Shown piece by piece: positions 49,882-59,997 of a DNA stretch of 64,000 nt. The stretch is taken from positions 4,494 through 68,493 of the forward strand of contig CACZUS010000009.1 in assembly GCA_902784425.1 (NCBI GenBank), written 5' to 3'. Position 1 is the stretch's first letter. Each line of letters opens with the position of its first letter. A program made the translations under genes and the position numbers. Below the pieces are notes generated by a model, which searched no databases, was not told the DNA's origin, and worked only from the letters and a program-made list of their open reading frames with translations. Origin of the DNA: an uncultured Bacteroidales bacterium. Its GTDB lineage: Bacteria > Bacteroidota > Bacteroidia > Bacteroidales > Paludibacteraceae.

Positions 49882-50970
49882 TCAAAATGTATAAAATATA
49901 CTTTTCTGCTCTAACAAATACTTCAGTTCTTCTTTTCGATAGACAATGGTGACCGTTTTTCTTGTTTTTATCGGACGATTGTTCATCATTCGACATTTCC
50001 ACCCATCCATTCTCTTTATCGTCTCCATGGCTGCCTCATCAAATCGTTCATCATTAGAACTAACAATCTTAAAATTGGACAAGGATTGATCCTTGTTGAT
50101 ACTAAATTGTACTGTCACCATCACATCCTGATCTATCTCTTTTACTTTCGGATAAACTTTATGTAACATGGCATCCTTATCCAAGTTTCTATTTCCATCT
50201 TTACTACGATATTCCTCCATAGTAATCAGAGGTCTTACAGTCTCCATTCCCCATCCCAATCTCTCTGCCGACCATGAACCTCCACCGCCACATATATCCC
50301 TTTTAGTCCTCAATGACTCAAAAACAACATTAAGAACCGAATAGGGCTCATCTTTATTTACCTTCACCACCTTTATCAATCTGATTGATTGAGAACTGAT
50401 TGACTGAGAATCAGAAGATCTACTAAATTCAAGAACATCACTATTTTTAACTTTTATGCTATAATTTCCATTTTCATCCGTATAAACCTTATTTGTAGTT
50501 CCCCGAACCGCCACCGTTGCACCATATACAGGAATTTCATCAGTATCAGTAACAGTTCCCTTCACCAATATTGTCTCTTCATCATTTTGTGTTGTATCTT
50601 GGCGGGTGGTGACTTCATTCACCTGTATATTTTCAGCCGCTGCCATTGGGGTCCAACTTAGTCCTGCTGACAAGCCTGCCAACACAAGTTTTTTACCCAT
50701 AGATCTTCGCTTCATCAGCTCCCTTTCTAGATATTCCAGTTCCGCCTCACAGCGCGGACAGGTGCCTCGACACTCCCCTTTGTAATGGCACTCCTCCACC
50801 ACCAAGGGAATATCATTCTCAGATGCAAATTCTGCCTCGCAGCGCGGACAGGTGCCTCGACACTCCCCTTTGTAATGGCACTCCTCCACCACCAAGGGAA
50901 TATCGTTTTCAGATGCAATATTCTGACGAATCTGTTTGAGTATCTTGCATTTCTCTTTTCCTTTGAACAT
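49882..50970 (-). CDS. Paralog 3 of the family, with duplicated Cys4 motif
   Basis: 362 aa. It contains two tandem copies of ASENDIPLVVEECHYKGECRGTCPRCEAE. Its central domain is the most divergent (SRSSDSQSISSQSIRL, CGGGGSWSAERLGWG). Confidence 0.8.
   Translation of the reverse strand: MFKGKEKCKILKQIRQNIASENDIPLVVEECHYKGECRGTCPRCEAEFASENDIPLVVEECHYKGECRGTCPRCEAELEYLERELMKRRSMGKKLVLAGLSAGLSWTPMAAAENIQVNEVTTRQDTTQNDEETILVKGTVTDTDEIPVYGATVAVRGTTNKVYTDENGNYSIKVKNSDVLEFSRSSDSQSISSQSIRLIKVVKVNKDEPYSVLNVVFESLRTKRDICGGGGSWSAERLGWGMETVRPLITMEEYRSKDGNRNLDKDAMLHKVYPKVKEIDQDVMVTVQFSINKDQSLSNFKIVSSNDERFDEAAMETIKRMDGWKCRMMNNRPIKTRKTVTIVYRKEELKYLLEQKSIFYTF
50737..50916 (-). repeat. In-frame 90-bp x2 tandem duplication covering the Cys4 motif of paralog 3
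   Basis: ggtgcctcgacactcccctttgtaatggcactcctccaccaccaagggaatatc occurs at 50761 and again at 50851 (period 90 nt). Confidence 0.9.
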
Positions 50971-51013
50971 ATATAGTTTTTTTAGAATTTACACGATAAA
51001 GATAACCTTTGAA

Positions 51014-51997
51014 TTATTTCTCATCCTTTTGTTTGGACAACATCTGTAGTTCCTCTTTTCGATAAACAATTTTGATTGTCTTTTTTGTCTCCACAGGTTT
51101 CCCCTTCACCTTTCGACACTGCCAGCCATCCATCCGCTTTATGGTCTCTATGGCTGCCTCGTTGAATCGTTTATCATTAGAACTGACAATCTTAAATTCG
51201 AACAAGGATGCATCCGCATTGATAACAAGCCTAACTTCCACCTCCACATCTTCTTTTATCTCTTCTACTTTCGGATAAACCTTATGGTATTGTATATCCT
51301 GATCCAAGTTTCTCTTACCATCTTTACTTCGGTATTCTTCATCACAAAAAATCAAGGAAGGCAAGTGCGACCTTTTATTGTTATCAAATTCTCCAAACAG
51401 TGTGTCAATTGACGTTTTACCAACATAGCCAGATGTCACTACAATGACCTCACTCGGAATTTCTTCAGGCTTCATCATAACATCAAATCTTTTTGATTTA
51501 ATTTCATCAACACATCTAACCACTTTTTCATATCCAACACAGGAAAATTCCAAAATATCTCCTCTTTTGACATAGATACTATACTTGCCGTCAAAATCCG
51601 CAACAACACTTTTCGTAGTTCCTTGAATCATCACCGTCGCACCATATATAGGTCCCTCAGAATCTTCAATCGTTCCCTTTATCAGAATTGTTCTTTCATC
51701 ATTTTGTGTCGTATCCTGTTGAGTGGAGACTTCGCTCACCTGTATGTTTTCAGCCGCTGCCATTGGGGTCCAACTTAGCCCTGCAGACAAACCTGCCAAC
51801 ACAAGTTTTTTACCCATAAATCTGCGCTTCATCAGTTCCCTTTCCAGATATTCCAATTCTGCCTCGCAGCGCGGACAGGTGCCTCGACACTCCCCTTTGT
51901 AATGGCACTCCTCCACCACCAAGGGAATATCATTCTCAGATGCAATATTCTGTCGGATCTGTTTGAGTATCTTGCATTTCTCTTTTCCTTTGAACAT
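51014..51997 (-). CDS. Paralog 2 of the family
   Basis: 327 aa with the same architecture. The 43-nt upstream intergenic region is near-identical to the one upstream of paralog 3. Confidence 0.8.
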   Translation of the reverse strand: MFKGKEKCKILKQIRQNIASENDIPLVVEECHYKGECRGTCPRCEAELEYLERELMKRRFMGKKLVLAGLSAGLSWTPMAAAENIQVSEVSTQQDTTQNDERTILIKGTIEDSEGPIYGATVMIQGTTKSVVADFDGKYSIYVKRGDILEFSCVGYEKVVRCVDEIKSKRFDVMMKPEEIPSEVIVVTSGYVGKTSIDTLFGEFDNNKRSHLPSLIFCDEEYRSKDGKRNLDQDIQYHKVYPKVEEIKEDVEVEVRLVINADASLFEFKIVSSNDKRFNEAAIETIKRMDGWQCRKVKGKPVETKKTIKIVYRKEELQMLSKQKDEK

Positions 51998-52039
51998 ATA
52001 CAGTCTTTTTGAATTTACACGATAAAGATAACCTTTGAA

Positions 52040-53020
52040 TTATTTCTCATCCCTTTGTCTGGACAACCTCTGCAGTTCCTCTTTCCGATATATAATTTTA
52101 ACCGTCTTTCTTGTCTCCACAGGTTTCCCGTTCACCTTTCGGCACCGCCAACCATCCATTCGCTTTATGGTCTCTATGGCTGCCTCGTTGAATCGTCCAT
52201 CATTAGAACTGACAATCTTAAAATCGGACAAGGATTGATCCGCATTGATAACAAATCGTACCTTCACCTCCACATCTTCTTTTATCTCTTCCACCTTCGG
52301 ATAAACTTTATGGTATTGAATGTCCTGATTCAAATCTCTCCAATAACCTTTTTCACATCGGTATTCTTCATCAGAAATCAATGAGCTAGGTGTCGAACTT
52401 CTATCATAATTATACTCCCAAAACATTGAATCAATCGGACTCGCTCGTTTAATCGTAGTTTCCACTATTAATCCTGTTATTTCTTCTTCTTTCATCACGA
52501 CATCAAGTGTTGATGATTTGATCTTATCAACACTTTTAAATACCGTTTTATATCCTATACAGGAAATTTCCAAGACATCTCCACTTTTGACATAGATACT
52601 ATACTTACCGTCAAAATCCGTTTCTACACTTTTCGCAGTTCCCTGAATCATCACCGATACAGGATATAAAGATTCTCCATTAGAATCTTTAATCGTTCCC
52701 TCTATCCGAATTGTTCTTTCATCATTTTGTGTCGTATCCTGTTGAGTGGAGACTTCGCTCACCTGTATATTTTCAGCCGCTGCCATTGGGGTCCAACTTA
52801 GTCCTGCTGACAAGCCTGCCAACACAAGTTTTTTACCCATAGATCTGCGTTTCATCAGCTCCCTTTCTAGATATTCCAGTTCCGCCTCACAGCGCGGACA
52901 GGTGCCTCGGCACTCCCCTTTATAATGGCACTCCTCCACCACCAAGGGAATATCATTCTCAGATGCAATATTCTGTCGGATCTGTTTGAGTATTTTGCAT
53001 GTCTCTTTTCCTCTGAACAT
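52040..53020 (-). CDS. Paralog 1 (promoter-proximal) of the family
   Basis: 326 aa. Order of parts: MFRGKETCKILKQIRQNIASENDIPLVVEECHYKGECRGTCPRCEAELEYLERELMKRR, then TM helix KKLVLAGLSAGLSWTPMAAA, then GTIKDSNGESLYPVSVMIQGT...DFDGKYS, then YPKVEEIKEDVEVKVRFVINADQSLSDFKIVSS...EAAIETIKRMDGW. Confidence 0.8.
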   Translation of the reverse strand: MFRGKETCKILKQIRQNIASENDIPLVVEECHYKGECRGTCPRCEAELEYLERELMKRRSMGKKLVLAGLSAGLSWTPMAAAENIQVSEVSTQQDTTQNDERTIRIEGTIKDSNGESLYPVSVMIQGTAKSVETDFDGKYSIYVKSGDVLEISCIGYKTVFKSVDKIKSSTLDVVMKEEEITGLIVETTIKRASPIDSMFWEYNYDRSSTPSSLISDEEYRCEKGYWRDLNQDIQYHKVYPKVEEIKEDVEVKVRFVINADQSLSDFKIVSSNDGRFNEAAIETIKRMDGWRCRKVNGKPVETRKTVKIIYRKEELQRLSRQRDEK

Positions 53021-53046
53021 AAATCTATCGGTGTTGTTTCAATCGC

Positions 53047-53054
53047 CAAATGTA
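53047..53054 (-). promoter_or_regulatory. TAnnTTTG -7 box for the four-paralog array
   Basis: Plus caaatgta is TACATTTG on the minus strand, 27 nt upstream of the ATG at 53020. Confidence 0.45.
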
Positions 53055-53070
53055 ATAAATTAAAGGCAAT

Positions 53071-53112
53071 AAAAAAAGAGGATGCCCTCATTTGATTGAG
53101 CGCACCCTCCTT
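53071..53112 (-). terminator. Candidate terminator of rny
   Basis: Imperfect hairpin (gagggtgcgctca...tgagggcatcctc), followed on the minus strand by T7, about 25 nt after the rny stop. Confidence 0.4.
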
Positions 53113-53134
53113 CAACTTATGAAAACAACTTATT

Positions 53135-54685
53135 TTATTTTGCGAAGCTAACAGCTCTTGTCTCGCGAATAACTGTGATCTTCACCTGACCAGGATAAGT
53201 CATCTCATCCTGAATCTTCTTAGCTATATCGTAAGACAATGTTTCGATCTCTTTATCGTCAATCTTATCAGCACCCACAATCACACGAAGTTCACGACCA
53301 GCTTGGATAGCATAGGTCTTCACAACACCAGGATAAGAAAGCGCCAATTTCTCCAAATCATTCAAACGTTTGATGTAAGCCTCAACGATTTCACGACGTG
53401 CACCCGGACGTGCACCAGAAATAGCATCACAAGCCTGAACGATAGGAGACAACAAGCTATCCATTTCAATCTCATCGTGGTGAGCACCGATAGCGTTACA
53501 AATCTCTGGTTTCTCCTTGTATTTCTCAGCCAGTTTCATACCCAAGATTGCGTGTGGCAATTCTGGTTCATCATCAGGCACTTTACCAATATCGTGTAGT
53601 AATCCGGCACGTTTAGCTTTCTTAGCGTTCAACCCTAACTCAGAAGCCATGATAGCACAAAGGTTGGCTGTTTCACGCGCATGTTGCAACAAGTTTTGTC
53701 CGTAAGAAGAACGGTATTTCATCTTACCAATCAGACGGATCAAATCAGGGTGAAGACCGTGGATACCCAAGTCGATTGTAGTACGCTTACCTGTTTCAAC
53801 GATTTCGTCCTCCACTTGTTTCTTCACTTTAGCAACCACCTCTTCGATACGAGCTGGGTGGATACGACCGTCCGTCACCAACTGGTGCAAAGCCAAGCGA
53901 GCTATTTCACGACGTACAGGGTCGAAAGCAGAAAGGACGATAGCCTCTGGGGTATCATCCACAATGATTTCCACACCCGTTGCAGCCTCAAGGGCACGGA
54001 TGTTACGACCTTCACGACCGATGATACGTCCTTTGATTTCATCAGAATCGATATTGAAAACAGTGACAGAGTTTTCGATGGCAGCCTCAGTAGCAACGCG
54101 TTGGATCGTCTGAACCACAATACGTTTTGCCTCTTTGTTGGCAGTCATTTTAGCCTCTTCCATTATTTCGTTAACGTATGACATAGCATCCGTTTTAGCC
54201 TCTTCTTTCAATGATTCAATCAAGTTGGTCTTAGCCTCCTGAGCAGACAAACCAGAGATTGCCTCCAGACGCTCATTCGCCATACGATTCAATTTCTCCA
54301 ACTCCTGTTTACGAGAATTGACCACATCCAATTGATTGCTTAGATTTTCTTTTGTGTTTTCATTTTCTGCGCGACCCCTTTGCACTTCAGACTGCATTTG
54401 GTTCAACTGCATTTCACGCTGTTTCAATTTGGATTCAAATTGTTGCAATTTAGACTCAAACTGCTGCATTTTAGCGTTACGTTGATTACATTGAGCCTCA
54501 TACTCATTTTTCAACGTCAAATATTTTTCCTTCACCTCCAACATTTTATTTTCACGGAGGACCTTTGCTTCAGCTTCAGCTTCCTTTAATATATTGCTTG
54601 TTCGAGACTTTAAAATCGTATTCATCACAAACCAAGTCACCAATCCGCCAACCAAGAAAGCTGCTATAATATAAACAACTGTCAT
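53135..54685 (-). CDS. rny: Ribonuclease Y
   Basis: 516 aa with an N-terminal TM helix, a long coiled coil, a KH region ([15 protein letters not shown]) and an HD domain (LLHDIGK). Confidence 0.95.
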   Translation of the reverse strand: MTVVYIIAAFLVGGLVTWFVMNTILKSRTSNILKEAEAEAKVLRENKMLEVKEKYLTLKNEYEAQCNQRNAKMQQFESKLQQFESKLKQREMQLNQMQSEVQRGRAENENTKENLSNQLDVVNSRKQELEKLNRMANERLEAISGLSAQEAKTNLIESLKEEAKTDAMSYVNEIMEEAKMTANKEAKRIVVQTIQRVATEAAIENSVTVFNIDSDEIKGRIIGREGRNIRALEAATGVEIIVDDTPEAIVLSAFDPVRREIARLALHQLVTDGRIHPARIEEVVAKVKKQVEDEIVETGKRTTIDLGIHGLHPDLIRLIGKMKYRSSYGQNLLQHARETANLCAIMASELGLNAKKAKRAGLLHDIGKVPDDEPELPHAILGMKLAEKYKEKPEICNAIGAHHDEIEMDSLLSPIVQACDAISGARPGARREIVEAYIKRLNDLEKLALSYPGVVKTYAIQAGRELRVIVGADKIDDKEIETLSYDIAKKIQDEMTYPGQVKITVIRETRAVSFAK

Positions 54686-54787
54686 AAAAAAAATTAATTT
54701 AAATATATATAAAAAAACGCATCCCTCTTCGAGCCATACGAAGACGAAATGCGGGAATTTTCAATAAATTTTGTGTACGTAAGAATT

Positions 54788-55096
54788 TCAATCCAAATGC
54801 TGGTCAATATCTTTCTCCAATTGTTCCAGCCGCTGTCTCAATTCCTCATTAGCTGCCTCTGCCATTCTGTAACGAACACCCAAGTCCAATGCAACTAATT
54901 TTAAATATGTTTCAACTCCAAAATTATTTTGCGCTGAAGAAATCTGCATCGTATATTTTTCATACACAGTTCCTATCAACTTTGCCGACTCTCGGAAATA
55001 CTGTTCATCACACCTCTTTACAGGAATTTTCATATCATCTCCTAAAATTTTTAGCGTGATAATAAAAACATCCTCCTTGCTCGGCATATTATTCAT
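54788..55096 (-). CDS. zapA: Cell division protein ZapA-like
   Basis: 102 aa. It has the position and size typical of the zapA gene that precedes rny, the pattern FIITLKILGDDMKIPV...EQYFRESAKLI, and a C-terminal coiled coil. Confidence 0.65.
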   Translation of the reverse strand: MNNMPSKEDVFIITLKILGDDMKIPVKRCDEQYFRESAKLIGTVYEKYTMQISSAQNNFGVETYLKLVALDLGVRYRMAEAANEELRQRLEQLEKDIDQHLD

Positions 55097-55388
55097 TTAA
55101 AAGTGAAATACATTTCTCTACTTCCCGCTCCAATTTCAACATCCGATTGCGCATCTGTCTTGCCTCTGCATCTGTGACCTTTGTTGCCTTCACACATGCC
55201 AAATTCAACATCTTTTCGCGACAATCCGACAACTCCTTCTGCGCCTCAGAAAGTTTCTCATCCAAAAGCTTTACCTTTCGGTTTAGTTCGACATTTTGTG
55301 CCCTCAATCCATCTACTTCAACCAACAGACGATGCACCTTTGTCTCAACTCTCTTTTCTAAACTCTCTTCGCTATCCAAAGTGGCCAT
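55089..55388 (-). CDS. Small coiled-coil protein (hypothetical, ZapB-like position)
   Basis: I prefer the start MATLDSEESLEKRV (ATG at 55388), 16 nt downstream of a -7 box. It has heptad-rich sequence and overlaps zapA by 8 nt. Confidence 0.55.
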   Translation of the reverse strand: MATLDSEESLEKRVETKVHRLLVEVDGLRAQNVELNRKVKLLDEKLSEAQKELSDCREKMLNLACVKATKVTDAEARQMRNRMLKLEREVEKCISLLNE

Positions 55389-55403
55389 TTTATAAAATCT
55401 ACG

Positions 55404-55411
55404 CAAAAGTA
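55404..55411 (-). promoter_or_regulatory. TAnnTTTG -7 box for the coiled-coil/zapA/rny operon
   Basis: Plus caaaagta is TACTTTTG on the minus strand. Confidence 0.4.
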
Positions 55412-55496
55412 ACATTCTACATTGAATTATGAAAGTATTTTGAAAATTAAATTTCAGATAGATTCAAAAATTAAATGTTCTTTCTCTTTTTTTTCA

Positions 55497-55504
55497 TAAC
55501 TTTG
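55497..55504 (+). promoter_or_regulatory. TAnnTTTG -7 box for the ABC exporter operon
   Basis: TAACTTTG, 39 nt upstream of the TTG start at 55543. Confidence 0.4.
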
Positions 55505-55542
55505 GTGACTGAAAGTATCGGTGTGTTCTATAAAAACTAACA

Positions 55543-57279
55543 TTGAATTCAACCTCTGAAATATTTAAGTTCTTAAAACCTCATTATAAATGGGCTCTTC
55601 TCTCACCTCTATTGGTCGGAATGGAAGTGTGCGCCGAACTGTCTCAGCCCTATCTGATGTCTAAAATCGTCAACGAAGGCGTTCTCCATAGTCAGTACGA
55701 TATCATCCTTCCCATAGCCTTACAGATGCTGATCATCACCATCATCGGCATGATAGGTGGCGTTCTCTCTATCTTTGCGGCAGGTCACGTCTCCTACAGC
55801 TTCGGTGCTGATATGCGCCAAGAACTATTCGAAAGAGTCTCCCACTACTCCTTTCACAACATCGACAAACTACAGGCGGGCTCACTCATCACTCGCATCA
55901 CGAGCGACGTCTACAAGGTGCAAAGCGTCATTCAGTCCTCCATGCGACTGCTCTTTCGCTCTCCATTCCTATTCGTGGGCTCCGTTGTCATGGTACTCTC
56001 CATCAGCAAAACGCTCTCGTCTGTTCTCCTGATTATTCTTCCTATCTTGCTGGGCGCTGTCTTCATCATCGTCAAAAAGGCTTACCCTATCTTCATGAAG
56101 ATTCAAGGGAAAACCGACCGACTCAACACCGTCATTCAAGAGTCGCTCGCCGGCATACGCGTCGTGAAAGCCTACACGCAAGAAGGAAAAGAGCAACAAC
56201 GATTTCAAGAAGCTAATGACGACCTGATTGAAAACAACCTAAAGGTCAGCAAACTGATTGTGCTTCTCGGTCCAATCATGTCACTCATCCTCAACATCGG
56301 AATTGCCATCGTCGTCTTCCTAGGTGCCAAACTAATAGATGCTGGCGACCCCATCCACGTGGGTGAAATCATGGCCATCACCAACTACCTGACTCAAATC
56401 CTCATGTCGCTGATGATGGCTCAACGTATCATCATGTCTATTACAGAAGCGAAAGCCTCTATGATGCGCATCAACGAGGTGATCGTTGCTTCTGACAATC
56501 AGGAGAACGACACGCAACCAAACCTATCCTCCATCAATGACGATTCTTGCATTCGTTTCGAAAACGTCTATTTCAGCTATAATGAAACCAAAGAGGAACA
56601 ACATGACAACTATGTTCTGAAGGGCATCTCCTTCGCCATTAAGGAGGGCGAAACCATTGGCATCGTCGGCGGAACGGGATCGGGGAAAAGCACCTTGGCT
56701 CAGTTAATTATGCGATGCTACAAGCCTTGTGAAGGAAGCATCTACCTAAAAGGCAAACCTATCAACGGATATGCTTCTGAAGAACTTCACCAAATAGTAA
56801 GATTAGCCATGCAGAACATACAACTCTTCTCTGGCACCATTGCAGAAAACCTACGCTGGGGTAAACCCGACGCCACCGAAGAGGAGATGCGAAAAGCATG
56901 CGAAATTACTCAAATCGACGATTTCATCGAGAGTTTGGACGATGGCTACAACCATATTATCCAACAAGGAGGAGTTAACTTCTCCGGTGGACAAAAGCAA
57001 CGTATCTCTTTAGCGCGCACATTAATCGGGCACCCAGAGGTTTTGGTTTTGGACGATTGTCTCAACGCCATCGACCTAAAAACAGAAGTGCGTCTCAACC
57101 GTGCATTACGCGAGATCGACTGCACCAAAATCATCGTCTCTCAACGAATCAGCACCATAAAAGATGCCGACCGCATCCTCCTTCTGGAAAATGGAATCAT
57201 CATCGGTGAGGGAAGTCATGAAGAGCTATTAAAAAGTAATACGGTTTATCAGGAAATTTGTTACTCTCAATTGGAATAG
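55543..57279 (+). CDS. ABC transporter permease/ATP-binding protein (heterodimeric exporter, subunit 1)
   Basis: 578 aa with an apparent TTG start. Walker A GGTGSGKST, signature FSGGQKQR, Walker B VLVLDDCLNAID. Confidence 0.9.
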   Translation: MNSTSEIFKFLKPHYKWALLSPLLVGMEVCAELSQPYLMSKIVNEGVLHSQYDIILPIALQMLIITIIGMIGGVLSIFAAGHVSYSFGADMRQELFERVSHYSFHNIDKLQAGSLITRITSDVYKVQSVIQSSMRLLFRSPFLFVGSVVMVLSISKTLSSVLLIILPILLGAVFIIVKKAYPIFMKIQGKTDRLNTVIQESLAGIRVVKAYTQEGKEQQRFQEANDDLIENNLKVSKLIVLLGPIMSLILNIGIAIVVFLGAKLIDAGDPIHVGEIMAITNYLTQILMSLMMAQRIIMSITEAKASMMRINEVIVASDNQENDTQPNLSSINDDSCIRFENVYFSYNETKEEQHDNYVLKGISFAIKEGETIGIVGGTGSGKSTLAQLIMRCYKPCEGSIYLKGKPINGYASEELHQIVRLAMQNIQLFSGTIAENLRWGKPDATEEEMRKACEITQIDDFIESLDDGYNHIIQQGGVNFSGGQKQRISLARTLIGHPEVLVLDDCLNAIDLKTEVRLNRALREIDCTKIIVSQRISTIKDADRILLLENGIIIGEGSHEELLKSNTVYQEICYSQLE

Positions 57280-57282
57280 ATT

Positions 57283-59103
57283 ATGAGGAAAGGATTAACA
57301 GCCAACGGAGGACAAAAGAGAATGGCAGCCATGGGCAGTGCCGTGGAAAAGGCCAACGACGTGAGGGGTACCACACGCCGACTGCTCTCCTATTGGGGTG
57401 AGTACAAGCCTATGCTGTGTCTTATCGTATTCCTTTCTCTGCTAGGTGTCGGTTGTTCCCTCCTAGGTCCATATATCTTAGGTCTCGCCATCGACCAATG
57501 TGTGACAGAAACGGTTTCATCTGGCGTTCTTGACATCAGCAAGATAACAAAACTGCTACTGATTTTCTTCGGGGTTCACCTCTTCTCCGCCTTCTGCGTA
57601 TGGTTTCAAGAGTACGGCATGATGTACACCACACAGAAGATCATCAAAAAGATGCGTGAAGAGATGATTCTGAAACTACAATCTCTCAGCATCCGCTACT
57701 ACGACAACCACCTTAGAGGTTCGCTGATGAGTTACTTCACCAACGACATAGAACTGATCAAAGAGGCTATGGGCAACTCCCTCATACAACTCATCACCAG
57801 TGGTCTAACCTTGATAGGTTCCATCATCATCATGGCCAAACTCAGTCTGCAACTGATGTTAGTCACCTGCATCACCGTTCCTCTCACCATCCTACTAAGC
57901 AAATTTGTCATGAAGAGAACCCGCAACTACTTTTCAAAACAACAAGTGGCCTTGGGCAATCTAAACGGTATGGTGGAAGAGTCAATATCAGGAATGAAGG
58001 TGATTCAGACCTTCGGACAGGAGAAACAGCAATTGGAGAAGTTCAAAGTACTCAACCAAGAGGTGAAAGAAACGGGTGTGCGTGCACAGATTTACAGTGG
58101 TATACTGATGCCTCTCATGAGGGTGTTAGATAACTGCAGCTATATCTTCGTCACCTTAGTGGGTGCCTTGTTAGCCTACAGAGGCAGTATCACGATTGGT
58201 GTCATTCAATCCTTTTTATTATACACAAAGAACTTCCAACGTCCCATTAACGCCATTGCCACCCAACTCAACTCCATCCAATCTGCCATAGCAGGTGCTG
58301 AGAGAATCTTCGCATTACTGGATGAGCAACCAGAGGTGACAGACAAACAGGAGACCATCCATCTCTCCGATGTAAAGGGAAAAATCGAATTCGACAACAT
58401 CCACTTCGGTTATACAGAGAATCATCCAGTTCTGAAGGGAATCACATTCAATGCCATGCCCGACGAGGTAGTGGCCATTGTGGGTACGACAGGTGCTGGA
58501 AAGACCACCATCATCAACCTACTCACCCGCTTTTATGATTCGCAAGAGGGACACATCCGCATTGATGGGGTTGACATACGAGACCTAACACAGAAAGAGC
58601 TGAGAGAAAATATCGGCATTGTACTTCAAGACCCTTACCTCTTCTCTGAAAGCATTCAGTATAACATCGGATATGGAAAGAAAGCCTACACCGAAAGTGA
58701 GGTCGTTCAGGCTGCCCGCGACGCCAACTGCGAAAGCTTCATTCTGCAACTTCCTTCACAATACGACCAACCGATCATGGAACAAGGTGGCGGAATCAGT
58801 CACGGACAAAAACAGCTATTGACCATTGCTCGCGCCATTCTCTCCAAAGCCCCTATTTTAGTGTTGGATGAAGCTACCAGCAACATCGACACCAGAACTG
58901 AGATTCTGATTCAACAAGCCATACAACGATTATCCGTAGGCAAAACCTGCATCGTTATTGCCCACCGACTCAGCACCATTAAAAACGCAGATAAAATCAT
59001 TGTCATCGACGATGGTAAAATAGTGGAATGCGGCAAGCATCAAGAGTTGCTAGACAAGAAAGGGGCTTATCATCAGATCTATCACAGTCAGTTTTCTTCA
59101 TAA
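57283..59103 (+). CDS. ABC transporter permease/ATP-binding protein (heterodimeric exporter, subunit 2)
   Basis: 606 aa. Walker A GTTGAGKTT, signature ISHGQKQL, Walker B ILVLDEATSNID. It starts 3 nt after subunit 1. Confidence 0.9.
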   Translation: MRKGLTANGGQKRMAAMGSAVEKANDVRGTTRRLLSYWGEYKPMLCLIVFLSLLGVGCSLLGPYILGLAIDQCVTETVSSGVLDISKITKLLLIFFGVHLFSAFCVWFQEYGMMYTTQKIIKKMREEMILKLQSLSIRYYDNHLRGSLMSYFTNDIELIKEAMGNSLIQLITSGLTLIGSIIIMAKLSLQLMLVTCITVPLTILLSKFVMKRTRNYFSKQQVALGNLNGMVEESISGMKVIQTFGQEKQQLEKFKVLNQEVKETGVRAQIYSGILMPLMRVLDNCSYIFVTLVGALLAYRGSITIGVIQSFLLYTKNFQRPINAIATQLNSIQSAIAGAERIFALLDEQPEVTDKQETIHLSDVKGKIEFDNIHFGYTENHPVLKGITFNAMPDEVVAIVGTTGAGKTTIINLLTRFYDSQEGHIRIDGVDIRDLTQKELRENIGIVLQDPYLFSESIQYNIGYGKKAYTESEVVQAARDANCESFILQLPSQYDQPIMEQGGGISHGQKQLLTIARAILSKAPILVLDEATSNIDTRTEILIQQAIQRLSVGKTCIVIAHRLSTIKNADKIIVIDDGKIVECGKHQELLDKKGAYHQIYHSQFSS

Positions 59104-59125
59104 TCATCACATAATCAAAAGAAAA

Positions 59126-59995
59126 ATGGAAAAAGGCACATTTCAATGGACAAAGGAACTTCGACGTATAGGCGTCATCATCATAGCAGCCCTACTCATG
59201 GCGGCCAATATTAGAACACTCGTACATACAGGTGGACTCTACCCAGGAGGTGCCACAGGACTCACCATCCTCATACTTCGTATTGGAGAGTCGTTCTTTG
59301 GCATTCATCTGCACTACACCTTCATCAACATCATTTTAAATGCAATACCCATCTACATTGGGTTTCGATTCATCGGACGCAAATTCACCATCTATTCCTG
59401 TCTGATGATCCTGCTCACAGGCCTTTTCACAGATTTAATTCCCTCTTACGTCATCACGGAAGATATTCTGCTCATCTCCATCTTCGGAGGTATTATCAAT
59501 GGACTTGCCATCTGTCTTTGTCTCTTGGTTGATGCCACATCCGGAGGAACCGACTTTATTGCCATCTACATGTCGGAGAAGAAACATCGGGATTCATGGA
59601 ATATTTCATTAGCCATCAATATCGTCATACTGATTGCTGCTGGATTTCTTTTCGGTTGGGACAAGGCGCTCTACTCCATCATCTTTCAATATGCATCCAC
59701 GCAGATACTACACACACTTCACAAACGCTATCAAAAGGAGACTTTGCTCATCACCACCACACACCCCGACACGGTATGCGACGTCATCGCACAACAGAGC
59801 AACCACGGAGCAACCATTATGGAGAGTGAAGGTTCCACACACAATAAAAACTTCCTCGTCTACTCCGTAGTTTCAAGAGAGGAATACATAAAGATTATCC
59901 ACGGCGTCAAAAAAGCAGATCCGGACGCTTTCATCAACACCATCAACACCGACAAGCTGATGGGTAAATTCTACCAACGGAACTATAAAGACTGA
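59126..59995 (+). CDS. YitT family membrane protein (with DUF2179-like C-terminal domain)
   Basis: 289 aa. Polytopic N-terminal part plus a soluble C-terminal ~80 aa (ETLLITTTHPDTVCDVI...GATIMESEG...), as in YitT proteins. Confidence 0.7.
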   Translation: MEKGTFQWTKELRRIGVIIIAALLMAANIRTLVHTGGLYPGGATGLTILILRIGESFFGIHLHYTFINIILNAIPIYIGFRFIGRKFTIYSCLMILLTGLFTDLIPSYVITEDILLISIFGGIINGLAICLCLLVDATSGGTDFIAIYMSEKKHRDSWNISLAINIVILIAAGFLFGWDKALYSIIFQYASTQILHTLHKRYQKETLLITTTHPDTVCDVIAQQSNHGATIMESEGSTHNKNFLVYSVVSREEYIKIIHGVKKADPDAFINTINTDKLMGKFYQRNYKD

Positions 59996-59997
59996 CC

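Noticed and set aside
48840-53020. Regularly spaced ~1-kb repeats that might suggest a CRISPR-like or satellite array
   Set aside because: The repeats are full-length protein-coding paralogs with intact ORFs, not short repeat-spacer units.
54686-54787. Possible 6S RNA (ssrS) downstream of zapA, as in Enterobacteria
   Set aside because: The gap is only ~100 nt, too short for a ~180-nt 6S RNA, and I saw no extended imperfect hairpin.
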